This document shows, piece after piece, positions 46,039-55,527 of a stretch of 64,000 bases of DNA. The position numbers and the translations under genes are program-made. The stretch spans positions 42,941 through 106,940 of the forward strand of contig JAFQIE010000026.1 of the NCBI GenBank assembly GCA_017397645.1, written 5' to 3'. Positions within the stretch are counted from its first letter, which is position 1. Every line of letters starts with the position of its first letter. Under the pieces are notes generated by a model that searched no databases, was not told the origin of the DNA, and saw nothing but the letters and a program-made list of their open reading frames with translations. The stretch is from Lachnospiraceae bacterium (lineage in GTDB: Bacteria > Bacillota > Clostridia > Lachnospirales > Lachnospiraceae).

Positions 46039-47268
46039 TCAAACAAAATCTATCAACTGCTTTCGTTTTTCAACACCGGTTTTGTCCTTTGCTGCGCGGA
46101 TTAAAGTTTTCACTGAGGATTCACTGATAGACAACCGTCTGGCAATCTGTCCGTCCGATAATCCATAACAAACAAACCGCGCTACCTCCCGCTCTCTGGG
46201 CGATAGATGAACGGCCACCGTCTTCTTCAAAACGGCGTTATGCAATTTCGTCCAGCCGGCATGTAATTGCTTGTGCAATTCCTTTATCTTTTTCAGCGCC
46301 ACCGGATCCACAAAGGCAATGCGTCCATCCATAAAAGAACCCAATTGCCGCCTGTACTCCACCAAAGGTCCATACAAACCATCTGCCAAGCAAATGGCAA
46401 TGGCCTTATCCAAATGCCGAATCGCTGCCGCGTCGTCACCTCCCTGCCGGTAAGCCACGGCACAGGTAAGCCGCAAATAGACTTCCGCCAAGATTACCCT
46501 ATCTAAAACAACCTGCGAAATCAACGGTTCCAACACGAAGGGCAATATCTTCATAAATGCCATCCCCCGAACGCCATCTATCTCCAAACTGCCCATGGCA
46601 AGTTCCTGCGCTGTTACCAACAAATGCCTTGCGTAATAAACATAGGCTGCAGGGTACGCGTCTCTGGGCAGGAAATCAAAGCATCCTCCCGCAAACCAAT
46701 CCGGGAAGTCATCCGTATCACGAATGGCACTGTCCGCCGCCGCAATGGAAAGTGCTAAAATATCCCTGTCCACATCATTTTTACAAGGCACATCCAACAG
46801 ATGCCTCCTGGCTTCGTTCCACAGCCTCACATCGCCCTTCCACATGGCCACCAAAGACAGTAAGATTCCGCCGGAAACAATTATATAAAAATCCGTGTGG
46901 TTATCCAAAAGCTCCCTGGCGTGTTCATAAACCTGCTCAATTTCACCCCTGCTGTAATGAATGGCTGCCGAAAATAACATGTGGCTTTCTTTGCTGTATG
47001 CCAATGCATCCATGCTTTGATCTGCAGTTCCCGCTTCACGATATAGGTCTGTCATGTGTAAAAGGGGGCTCTGCCGAAGCAGCTGTTTCGACTGACTATT
47101 TTTAGCCTCCCTATACCTTCCATCCGCAGGTTTTTGTGCCTCTGCGGGAATCATCCAGTTATGACCAAAGTATTCTGCCCCGGGAATTTTGCCCTTTTTG
47201 CAATATCCCTGGACACTTCGCAGGGATATACCCCACTTTTCTGCTGCTTCCTTCGCTGTAATTTTCAT
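46039..47268 (-). CDS. transcriptional regulator with N-terminal excisionase-like HTH and C-terminal LuxR HTH
   Basis: MKITAKEAAEKWGISLRSVQGYC..GKIPGA....NWMIP; LSPREREVA....GLSDGQIARRLSISESSVK. Confidence 0.8.
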   Translation of the reverse strand: MKITAKEAAEKWGISLRSVQGYCKKGKIPGAEYFGHNWMIPAEAQKPADGRYREAKNSQSKQLLRQSPLLHMTDLYREAGTADQSMDALAYSKESHMLFSAAIHYSRGEIEQVYEHARELLDNHTDFYIIVSGGILLSLVAMWKGDVRLWNEARRHLLDVPCKNDVDRDILALSIAAADSAIRDTDDFPDWFAGGCFDFLPRDAYPAAYVYYARHLLVTAQELAMGSLEIDGVRGMAFMKILPFVLEPLISQVVLDRVILAEVYLRLTCAVAYRQGGDDAAAIRHLDKAIAICLADGLYGPLVEYRRQLGSFMDGRIAFVDPVALKKIKELHKQLHAGWTKLHNAVLKKTVAVHLSPREREVARFVCYGLSDGQIARRLSISESSVKTLIRAAKDKTGVEKRKQLIDFV

Positions 47269-47349
47269 CCGCCATCCCTATCTTTCGTTTCTGCGCAATT
47301 TATAATTTCATTATATTGCTTTTAGGCGGAATTTGCAATACCGGGGGTT

Positions 47350-47487
47350 CTATTCCTTCACTGTTCTTTCCACAATGGAGTCCTGGGTCGTCTTTGCCAA
47401 ATTGTTAAAGTATTCCGAGTATCCGGTCACTCTGACCCTGAGGCTTCTGTACTTCTCCGGGCAGGCCTGCGCTTCCAAAAGTTCTTC
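47350..47487 (-). pseudogene. C-terminal fragment of a glycyl-radical enzyme (PFL family)
   Basis: Manual translation EELLEAQACPEKYRSLRVRVTGYSEYFNNLAKTTQDSIVERTVKE*, containing the RVxGY glycyl-radical motif; in-frame TAG immediately upstream. Confidence 0.85.
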
Positions 47488-47567
47488 CTACTTGCGATTT
47501 TCGGGCGAATGGGTTACAATATCACATAGAATATTTCGCTAATATTGATCTTGAAAGGAGATTCACC

Positions 47568-48239
47568 ATGCCCTTGGAATACGAAATAAGACAAGCCATC
47601 TGTGAGATTGGAAAAAGACTCTATGCGAAAGGATATGTTGCTGCTAAACACGGCAATATCTCATATAAATTGAGTGAGAACGAGTACCTTTGCACCCCCA
47701 GCGGAGTGTCCAAGGTATATCTGACCCCCGACAAAATCGTGAAGGTGGATGCGAATGGTAAGAAAATAGGCACATGCAAATACAAGCCCACCTCTGAGGT
47801 GACATTACATATCCGCATGTACAAAGAGAATCCGGAGCTACGTGCACTGATTCACGCACAACCGCCCTTCTCTACTGCATATGCCATCAAAAATGCGCCC
47901 ATTAACGACTGTGTACTTCCCGAGAACTATGTATATCTTGGCGTAGTACCTAAGGGTGCATACAACAAAGAAACCGGCGAAATCTCCGCCGCACTGATTG
48001 ATTGTCTGAAAAACAAGAAGGGATTTTTGTTCGAAGGAACCAGTGTATTCTCCACAGGCGACACCTTGGAGAACGCATTTGATAATGTAGACTCATTGGA
48101 ATTCTACTCCAAGATGAATTTCATCGGAAGCTACATCCCCAACGGCCCTGCTGTCGTAGAAGCGGTTTCCACGCCCTCCGGCAATGACGCCGTGGTACAA
48201 ATGATTACGGAGCAGGTGATGCGTCAGCTGGGAATGTAA
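47568..48239 (+). CDS. class II aldolase/adducin-fold protein with C-terminal BMC encapsulation-peptide-like tail
   Basis: GNIS, TPSGVSK, TSE...H; tail NDAVVQMITEQVMRQLGM; Zn ligands appear degenerate. Confidence 0.8.
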   Translation: MPLEYEIRQAICEIGKRLYAKGYVAAKHGNISYKLSENEYLCTPSGVSKVYLTPDKIVKVDANGKKIGTCKYKPTSEVTLHIRMYKENPELRALIHAQPPFSTAYAIKNAPINDCVLPENYVYLGVVPKGAYNKETGEISAALIDCLKNKKGFLFEGTSVFSTGDTLENAFDNVDSLEFYSKMNFIGSYIPNGPAVVEAVSTPSGNDAVVQMITEQVMRQLGM

Positions 48240-48245
48240 TACGAA

Positions 48246-48917
48246 ATGAATCAAGCGCAAACGAGGTACAATGACATGCCAAACAATGCAGTGATTTTCG
48301 GTGATAGTTATTCCACATTTGAGGGGTATAATCCTAAAGGCTACGCCACCTATTATTCCATTCAGGATCCTAACGAATCCGGCGTGACGAAGAAAGAAGA
48401 AACCTGGTGGCACCAGGTGATGGATGAGGGCCACTTCAACTTATTGCATAACAACAGCTGGTCCGGTTCCACCATCTGCTACACAGGATATGATGGTGAT
48501 TGCTCCCGCTCTTCTTCGTTTATCTATCGGTTAGAGCAAAAAATAGAAGAAGGATTCTTCGAGCAGAATGAAATAAATACTGTCTTCGTGATGGGTGCCA
48601 CCAACGATGCGTGGTGTGGTGCCGACTGTGGCGAAATGAAGTACGACAACTTTGAAAAGGCAGATTTGTACAAGGTGCTACCCGCCATCTCCTATTTCTT
48701 CAAAACCCTGCGGAATGCAGTCCCCCAGGCCAAGATTTATTGTATGATAAACGCAGATTATTTGACTCCGGAAATTACGAAAGGTTTTCAGGATGCCTGC
48801 GGGAAATATGACTTAGTCGAGGTTTACATCAAGGATCTGCCCGTGGCCGGTGGACATCCCACCGTGGAGGGTATGGAGTACATCAAAAATTGTGTCATGC
48901 TTCAAGTGAATCAATAA
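48246..48917 (+). CDS. SGNH/GDSL hydrolase
   Basis: FGDSYST, NSWSGST, GATND, GHP. Confidence 0.88.
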   Translation: MNQAQTRYNDMPNNAVIFGDSYSTFEGYNPKGYATYYSIQDPNESGVTKKEETWWHQVMDEGHFNLLHNNSWSGSTICYTGYDGDCSRSSSFIYRLEQKIEEGFFEQNEINTVFVMGATNDAWCGADCGEMKYDNFEKADLYKVLPAISYFFKTLRNAVPQAKIYCMINADYLTPEITKGFQDACGKYDLVEVYIKDLPVAGGHPTVEGMEYIKNCVMLQVNQ

Positions 48918-48930
48918 ACTCAAACATCAA

Positions 48931-48968
48931 AAACGGAGTGTACCGGGTCATCCCCAGTCACTCCGTTT
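48931..48968 (+). terminator. intrinsic terminator
   Basis: AAACGGAGTG...CACTCCGTTT. Confidence 0.7.
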
Positions 48969-49051
48969 CTATATTAATGAATATGCATTTTTTTAATATC
49001 TTATTGCGTTTTCTTTCATATTTTATTACAATTATCTTGGAGGAAGCAAAC

Positions 49052-49873
49052 ATGTCTGTATTTTACGATATTTCGAGCAGAAACAATGAAGGTAGTTTTG
49101 CCGTCCGTACACATCTGCACGACAACTATGAAATCAATTTTATGCTGACAGAAGGCGTTGAGATTAAAGTAGAAGATCAAACATTTATTTCCAAGAAGGG
49201 AACCGTCTGCCTTTTCCCGCCTTACTCTCTGCATGAGGTAATATCTAACCGAAAGAAATATCAGCGGTTCGTTCTGAATTTTAATGATATGCAAATAATC
49301 CAGGCTTGCAGCGTACTGGAACCAATTATCTCTGCCTTGAAAAAGCCATATCTCCCACTGATTTTTCTTTCTGAGGAGGATACCTCAACGCTGACGGCTC
49401 TTTTTCAGACAGCGCTGGATACAAGTGTTTCCGACTCCCCCTATGATGATTATAAAAAAATCAAAGCACTAGGAGACATATTACACTTCCTAGTGCCGCT
49501 TTTGAAGGAGAAATCCGTATGCTCACCCCAAAATAGGAGCGAAATTGTTAGCATATTGACCTATATCAATGCACATTTACATGAAAACATCACCGTAGAC
49601 AGCATATCGAAACATTTCGATATGAATAGCGCGACCCTTTGGCGTCTCTTTAAAAAATATCTCATGCTGTCCCCCAAGGAATATATTTTACGGGCGCGTA
49701 TCGGCGTGGCTTCCAACCTTTTGGTGAATGGTTCTTCCGTTGCTGACGCCGCTGCCAAATCCGGATTTAATTCCTACTCGCATTTCGTCCGTGCCTTTAC
49801 ACAACACATGGGAATTTCACCGTACCAGTATGCAACGCGGGGAGAAACATACATAACTACCACTCTGAAATAA
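49052..49873 (+). CDS. AraC family transcriptional regulator
   Basis: HLHDNYEI cupin; SGFNSYSHFVRAF...GISPYQY; start MSVFY after GGAGG. Confidence 0.9.
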   Translation: MSVFYDISSRNNEGSFAVRTHLHDNYEINFMLTEGVEIKVEDQTFISKKGTVCLFPPYSLHEVISNRKKYQRFVLNFNDMQIIQACSVLEPIISALKKPYLPLIFLSEEDTSTLTALFQTALDTSVSDSPYDDYKKIKALGDILHFLVPLLKEKSVCSPQNRSEIVSILTYINAHLHENITVDSISKHFDMNSATLWRLFKKYLMLSPKEYILRARIGVASNLLVNGSSVADAAAKSGFNSYSHFVRAFTQHMGISPYQYATRGETYITTTLK

Positions 49874-49929
49874 GATGATTATTCAAAGTATCTTTCCAAG
49901 ATATACGCAAGCATATGCTCCTCATATAA

Positions 49930-50745
49930 TCAATCCGCTTTCAGTCGTTCTACTTCGCCCCTCAGATACAGGTTCTCCTTTGTGCCCTGAATGATAGGAT
50001 GAATTTTTCTTTCTTTCACCAAATACGCCAAATTCTGTCTGGAACAATGTAACATTTCGCAGACCCTCGTTGTATCCAGCACACTTCTATTGATAAATGC
50101 ATAAAAATCCTTCGCAACCAGGGGTAAGCGTTTCCCTTGCTGACGCAAAATCTTATAAGGAATCTTAATGCTTTCATCAAACACCGCGGTGTATCCGCCT
50201 GCCCCGACTTTGACGCTGTCAAGTAATGGTCTATGCTTTCGGATGCGGGCCGCGTCGGGATGCTTACCTTCTAACCGGTTCAACTCCACCTTATACACTG
50301 CATCATCTCTAAATAGACACAATAACGCACCGTCTTCCGTAGGAAAACACTCTGTCAGAGTTTTACTCTGCCTGGTTTGAATATCATTAGGAATATCTTC
50401 TAACGAGACTTCTCGAATATAACATTCGTCTTGGGAACACCTTCCGCCGGAAAGCGCTAAAAAATCCATTTCATTGTATTCCTTCATTTTATATCTTTTT
50501 AATATTGCTCCTATGTTTTGTCGCCCCGGAGGAACCACCCTCTCCCGTATCCACATCAGAGTGGCACCTTCCTCAATCGTAAATTCTTTCTCGCACACAT
50601 ACTTTTGAAACAACAGTGGTGCTTCCCACTCATCTAAATCATCACATAGTTCAACAATATAACTTTTCGAATCCTCAAAATAGAACAAATAGCCTATCGG
50701 GTTTTCCCGTTGCAATGCCTTGTCATAAATTGCATAACTTTTCAT
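49930..50745 (-). CDS. HipS/kinase-N-subdomain-like protein fused to a DUF2442-like region and a C-terminal HTH
   Basis: WIRERVVPPGRQNIGAILK....EY....L....GRCSQD; C-terminal LDTTRVCEMLHCSRQNLAYLVK HTH. Confidence 0.55.
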   Translation of the reverse strand: MKSYAIYDKALQRENPIGYLFYFEDSKSYIVELCDDLDEWEAPLLFQKYVCEKEFTIEEGATLMWIRERVVPPGRQNIGAILKRYKMKEYNEMDFLALSGGRCSQDECYIREVSLEDIPNDIQTRQSKTLTECFPTEDGALLCLFRDDAVYKVELNRLEGKHPDAARIRKHRPLLDSVKVGAGGYTAVFDESIKIPYKILRQQGKRLPLVAKDFYAFINRSVLDTTRVCEMLHCSRQNLAYLVKERKIHPIIQGTKENLYLRGEVERLKAD

Positions 50746-51544
50746 ATTCACACCACCTGTTCCATAGCATATCCCATATCTTATTCAAATGTTTCGCAGA
50801 CAATATCCCCGTCAAATCAGCAAATAATACGTCTTTATTCTCTACCGTCAGTGATTTACTAAAAACCGCACTTTTATCCGCAATTAAACTTAAATTATCA
50901 TGAGTAGACCTGCTTCCGATGAAATTCTGGCAGGGTCTGTCCTGCATGATGTCAAATGCATCTATCTCTCGCTCCGTGTAGCAGGAGCATAAAAATGACA
51001 AACCGTGGTCAAATAATGGTGCCACTCTTATCGTTTGCTCTTTTGCATTTCGTAGCACCTCCACATTAGCTCCGTGTCGGTCTCTATTCATAATCAAATA
51101 GTCTACAGCCAACATCGTCTCGATATACTTTTTCCATCCTTTACGAACACAAAAATCATATCGGCTTTCGTCTGCTTTTCTGTTGATCTGATAGAAATTA
51201 TCCAACGCAGATTTACTTTCTCCGGTGCGCTTAAAATCCTTGGATGCACAAAGCCATGTTTCATAACTTTTGCCATCAACCTCTATATCGGCGTGGATTA
51301 ATTGATAGGATAGGTGCTCTATTCCCAAAACATCTAAGAGACGGTCCACGATAATCTCATTCACGCACTCATGTCCCACAATACCTTTCTCGATGTCGTA
51401 GTTTGATAGTTTATAATATGTTTTTACGCCGGATATTACGGATTGTGCCTTCAGGAAAGTACCCGCCGTTCCGCTGGAACTTCTAATATGATCCCATTTA
51501 AGGTATGTCAAATCTTGCTTTTCTCTTATTACCTTGTTGTCCAT
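50723..51544 (-). CDS. HipA/CtkA-like Ser/Thr kinase
   Basis: SSGTAGTFLK Gly-rich loop, YYKLS, ECVNE, DYLIMNRDRHGAN catalytic loop, APLFDHG. Confidence 0.8.
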   Translation of the reverse strand: MDNKVIREKQDLTYLKWDHIRSSSGTAGTFLKAQSVISGVKTYYKLSNYDIEKGIVGHECVNEIIVDRLLDVLGIEHLSYQLIHADIEVDGKSYETWLCASKDFKRTGESKSALDNFYQINRKADESRYDFCVRKGWKKYIETMLAVDYLIMNRDRHGANVEVLRNAKEQTIRVAPLFDHGLSFLCSCYTEREIDAFDIMQDRPCQNFIGSRSTHDNLSLIADKSAVFSKSLTVENKDVLFADLTGILSAKHLNKIWDMLWNRWCEYEKLCNL

Positions 51545-51565
51545 ACCGGCGCCTCCTTCTGTATT

Positions 51566-51600
51566 ATAAATATATCATTTTATTTGACGCGCGTCAAATA
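51566..51600 (-). promoter_or_regulatory. promoter with a perfect 20-bp operator palindrome over the -35 box
   Basis: TATTTGACGCGCGTCAAATA (51581-51600); TTGACG-17 nt-TATATT with TG extension on the minus strand. Confidence 0.75.
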
Positions 51601-51603
51601 GAT

Positions 51604-52362
51604 TTAATTTTTCACCAAAATCACCCGTTCCATGTCCTTCTCCCGGAAATATTCCCTCGCCCTAGGTGCATTAGTAATCACACAATCAAGTGTCTGAATG
51701 GGCACCAGATTATACGGGGTGGATAGAGAAAACTTTGTCTCATCGCATAGAAATACCGTTTTTCGGGATTGATGAATGGCCACCTTGCGGATCTGCGTCT
51801 CAGGAAGACTGGGGTCAGTCAGCATCCCCTTTTCATTCACCCCATGACAGGAAAAGAAAAAGGTATCAATATTGAATCTCTGAATAAACTCCTCTGCAAA
51901 ACTTCCAAAATGTGCCAACGAGTTAGGAAAAATCTCTCCGCCGGTGAGGTATGTTTTAATGCCTCTTTGCACCAACCGCGTTGCCAGAGTAATGCCGTTG
52001 GTGATTACCGTCACCTGTTTCTTAGGATCGATAAACTCTCCCATTTGTAATGTGGTGGTAGAGGAATCTATAAACACAATTTCATTGTCCTGTATCAATT
52101 CTGCTGCCGCACGGCAGAGCGCCCGTTTTTCCTGGGCTTTCACCGTTTTTCGATAGTTTAATGGTGCCACTGTGTGTTCATCGTGTACCTTCTTAGCACC
52201 TCCATGACTTCTCACAATCAGATTTCTTTGATCCAATTCCGCCAAATCCCTTCTGATGGTGGGGAGACTCACATATAATCTTTTTGCCAATTCTTGGGCC
52301 GTAATATACTGCTCTTCGTCCAGTATCTTCAAAATCTCATCATATCGTTCATCAATCAACAT
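51604..52362 (-). CDS. DeoR/GlpR family transcriptional regulator
   Basis: YVSLPTIRRDL..L.....IVRSHGGA, FIDSSTT, VITNG. Confidence 0.93.
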   Translation of the reverse strand: MLIDERYDEILKILDEEQYITAQELAKRLYVSLPTIRRDLAELDQRNLIVRSHGGAKKVHDEHTVAPLNYRKTVKAQEKRALCRAAAELIQDNEIVFIDSSTTTLQMGEFIDPKKQVTVITNGITLATRLVQRGIKTYLTGGEIFPNSLAHFGSFAEEFIQRFNIDTFFFSCHGVNEKGMLTDPSLPETQIRKVAIHQSRKTVFLCDETKFSLSTPYNLVPIQTLDCVITNAPRAREYFREKDMERVILVKN

Positions 52363-52488
52363 ATTTATCTTCTCCTTGTGATTGTTTTTGAGCGTTTATC
52401 AATCTTTTAGCCAGATATTGCTAATCATTTTTGATTGTTTTATTATAGACTGGAATTTGAAGTACTGTCAATAAGGAGAGAAACAGTT

Positions 52489-53940
52489 ATGTACGACATC
52501 GCCATTATCGGCGCAGGTGTGATCGGTGGCATGACCGCGCGGACACTTGCAAAATACAATCTTAAAATCTGCATTTTGGAAAAAGAAAACGATGTTGCCA
52601 TGGGTGCCACAAAGGCAAACTCAGCCATCGTTCACGCCGGCTTTGACGCAAAAGAAGGCAGCCTGAAAGCGAAACTAAATGTAGCAGGCGCTAAAATGAT
52701 GCCGGCAGTTTGTAAAGAGCTTGGCGTAAAATACCGCAACAATGGCTCCTTGGTGCTGGGCTTTAACGAGGAAGATCGTAATACCTTGCAGGAATTGGTG
52801 GAGCGCGGCATCACAAATGGTGTGGATGGCGTCCGACTCATTGAACAAGAAGAATTACATACACTGGAACCCAATGTCTCCGAAGATGCCACCTGTGCAT
52901 TACTTGCACCCACCGGCGCCATTTGCTGTCCCTACGAACTGACCATAGCTGCCATCGGCAACGCCATGGACAATGGGACAGAATTGAAATGTAATTTTAA
53001 GGTGGCTAAAATTCAAGAGACAGAAGGCGGATATAAAATCTATTCAGAAGGCAACGCCGAAGAGGATTGCATCACTGCCCGTTTCGTCATCAACTGCGCA
53101 GGTCTCTATACCGACGAGATTGCATCGCTGGTTGGCGACACCTCCTTCCGGGTACACCCCAGAAGGGGCGAATACATCTTATTAGATAAAGAATGCGGCA
53201 ATTTGGTAAGTCATACCCTATTTAGAACCCCTTCCAAAATGGGCAAGGGAATCTTGGTTTCCCCCACCGTTGACGGAAACCTGCTGTTAGGACCTACTTC
53301 CGTTGATATGGAAGACAAAGAAAACAAGAATACCACCGAGGAAGGTTTTGCAGATATTATTTCCAAGGCAAAGGAAAACATTGGAAATGTACCCCTTGGC
53401 AAGACCATCACCTCTTTCTGTGGATTGCGGGCGGTTGGAAATACCGGAGATTTCATTCTCACTACTCCCAAAATTGGCTTTATAAACGCAGCCGGCATAG
53501 AATCTCCGGGTCTGTCCGCATCACCTGCCATAGCACTCTACATTGTAGAAATGCTACAGGCACAGGGGCTTATATTAGAGGAGAACCCCCATTACAATCC
53601 CTTGCGCGCTCCTATGCACGGCTTCCGGGAGGCTTCTATCGAGGAAAAGAACGAATGGATTCGTAAAAATCCCGCTTACGGCAAAATCATCTGCCGTTGT
53701 GAGACTGTCACGGAGGGTGAAATATTAGATGCCATCCGCAATAACCCCAAGGCTCCCGATTTAGACGGTGTGAAACGCCGCACCAGAGCACAGATGGGAC
53801 GTTGTCAGGGTGGGTTCTGTGGCCCTTACATCACAGAATTACTGGCAAGGGAATGGAATATTCCCTATGAAGCTGTCACCAAATGCGGTGGTGAATCCTA
53901 CATCAATATAGGACTAACGAAAGGGGGCGCAACAGAATGA
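52489..53940 (+). CDS. FAD-dependent oxidoreductase, GlpA/LhgO-like with BFD-like [2Fe-2S] domain
   Basis: IIGAGVIG, TKANSAIVHAG, GIESPGLS, ICRCE...GRCQGGFC. Confidence 0.88.
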   Translation: MYDIAIIGAGVIGGMTARTLAKYNLKICILEKENDVAMGATKANSAIVHAGFDAKEGSLKAKLNVAGAKMMPAVCKELGVKYRNNGSLVLGFNEEDRNTLQELVERGITNGVDGVRLIEQEELHTLEPNVSEDATCALLAPTGAICCPYELTIAAIGNAMDNGTELKCNFKVAKIQETEGGYKIYSEGNAEEDCITARFVINCAGLYTDEIASLVGDTSFRVHPRRGEYILLDKECGNLVSHTLFRTPSKMGKGILVSPTVDGNLLLGPTSVDMEDKENKNTTEEGFADIISKAKENIGNVPLGKTITSFCGLRAVGNTGDFILTTPKIGFINAAGIESPGLSASPAIALYIVEMLQAQGLILEENPHYNPLRAPMHGFREASIEEKNEWIRKNPAYGKIICRCETVTEGEILDAIRNNPKAPDLDGVKRRTRAQMGRCQGGFCGPYITELLAREWNIPYEAVTKCGGESYINIGLTKGGATE

Positions 53941-55172
53941 AAGATTTAGTGATTATCGGTGGTGGCCCCGCCGGCATGAGCGCAGCCATTGCAGCCTACG
54001 AAAATGGTATTCGCGACATTTTGATTATAGAGAGGGACGAAAAGTTAGGAGGCATCCTGCAGCAATGCATCCACAACGGTTTTGGTCTACATAAATTTGG
54101 AGAAGAATTGACCGGTCCCGAATACGCTTGGAAATATGAGAAAAAAGTGCATGAATTGGGCATCGAATACAAATGCTCCACCATGGTACTGGACTTATCT
54201 AAGGACAAGGTCATCACTGCCACCAATGCTCAAGAAGGCATTTTCCGGATACAGGCAAAAACTGTAATCCTGGCTATGGGATGTAGAGAGCGGGCCAAAG
54301 GCGCTTTGAATATTGCAGGCAGCCGTCCAGCCGGTATTTACAGTGCCGGAACAGCGCAAAAATATGTCAATATGAAGGGATATATGCCTGGTAAAAATGT
54401 AGTAATTTTAGGAAGCGGTGACATCGGATTAATTATGGCCAGGAGAATGACCCTAGAAGGTGCAAAAGTGCACGCTGTTTGTGAACTAATGCCCTACTCC
54501 GGAGGACTTGCCAGAAATATTGAGCAGTGCCTAAACGACTTTAACATTCCCCTGAAATTGAGCCATACCGTGGTAGAAATCCACGGCAAGGACCGTGTGG
54601 AAGGAGTGACCATTGCTCAGGTAGATGAAAACAGGAAACCCATCGCCTCTACCAGAGAGTACATTCCCTGCGACACCTTACTTTTATCCGTAGGTCTGAT
54701 TCCCGAAAACGAATTATCCAAGGAGGCAGGCGTATCTTTAAGCCCCCTCACAAATGGTGCCACCGTGGATCAGGACAGACAGACTTCCATCCCCGGGGTC
54801 TACGCCTGCGGTAATGTATTGCATGTTCACGACCTAGTGGATTTCGTATCTGAGGAAGCAGAAATTGCAGGTAAGGCAGCGGCAGAATATATACAAGATG
54901 ACAAAGCACAAACCATCCACATCCCCATCCGCACCGACGGCAAGGTGAGATACACCGTGCCTCAGGTAATTACCAAGCAAAAAGATGTGACAGTTTACTT
55001 CCGTGTCAGCGATGTGTATAAGGATGTAAAAATCAATGTCACCTGTGGCGACAAATTGGTCCTTACCAAGCGACGTCCCAAAGTGGCTCCCGGTGAAATG
55101 GAAAGTATCGTATTGAAAGCAGATAAACTGACAGATGTGTCAGAATTACGCTTCTCTTTGGAGGTGCTCTAA
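53937..55172 (+). CDS. NAD(P)/FAD-dependent oxidoreductase (partner of the GlpA-like subunit)
   Basis: IIGGGPAG, GGILQQCIHNGFG, GSGDIGLIMARR, GNVLHVHDLVD. Confidence 0.9.
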   Translation: MKDLVIIGGGPAGMSAAIAAYENGIRDILIIERDEKLGGILQQCIHNGFGLHKFGEELTGPEYAWKYEKKVHELGIEYKCSTMVLDLSKDKVITATNAQEGIFRIQAKTVILAMGCRERAKGALNIAGSRPAGIYSAGTAQKYVNMKGYMPGKNVVILGSGDIGLIMARRMTLEGAKVHAVCELMPYSGGLARNIEQCLNDFNIPLKLSHTVVEIHGKDRVEGVTIAQVDENRKPIASTREYIPCDTLLLSVGLIPENELSKEAGVSLSPLTNGATVDQDRQTSIPGVYACGNVLHVHDLVDFVSEEAEIAGKAAAEYIQDDKAQTIHIPIRTDGKVRYTVPQVITKQKDVTVYFRVSDVYKDVKINVTCGDKLVLTKRRPKVAPGEMESIVLKADKLTDVSELRFSLEVL

Positions 55173-55173
55173 A

Positions 55174-55527
55174 ATGGAAAGAAAATTAACCTGTATTGTA
55201 TGCCCCCTGGGTTGTAGTCTTACCGTGCAGATAGAAAATGGTGTAGTCACCGATGTGCAGGGCAATACCTGTCCAAGAGGGAAAGTGTACGCCGAAAACG
55301 AATGCACCAATCCTGTCAGAACTATCACCTCCACTATGAAATGCTCCGACGGGTCTGTAATCAGCGTCAAAACCGACAGAACCATTCCCAAGGATAAAAT
55401 GACGAAATGTATGGAAATCATCAATCAGAATACTGTGAAGTTGCCCATTTCTATTGGCGATGTTATAATCAAAGATGTATTTGGCAGTAACATTGTGGCA
55501 ACACAGAACAGGAGCACAAATGAGTAA
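55174..55527 (+). CDS. DUF1667 CxxC metal-binding protein
   Basis: CIVCPLGC...GNTCPRG; third gene of the conserved clostridial glp trio. Confidence 0.85.
   Translation: MERKLTCIVCPLGCSLTVQIENGVVTDVQGNTCPRGKVYAENECTNPVRTITSTMKCSDGSVISVKTDRTIPKDKMTKCMEIINQNTVKLPISIGDVIIKDVFGSNIVATQNRSTNE

Noticed and set aside
47333-47542. 69-aa plus-strand ORF
   Set aside because: It is antisense to the glycyl-radical enzyme fragment, which has the recognisable motif
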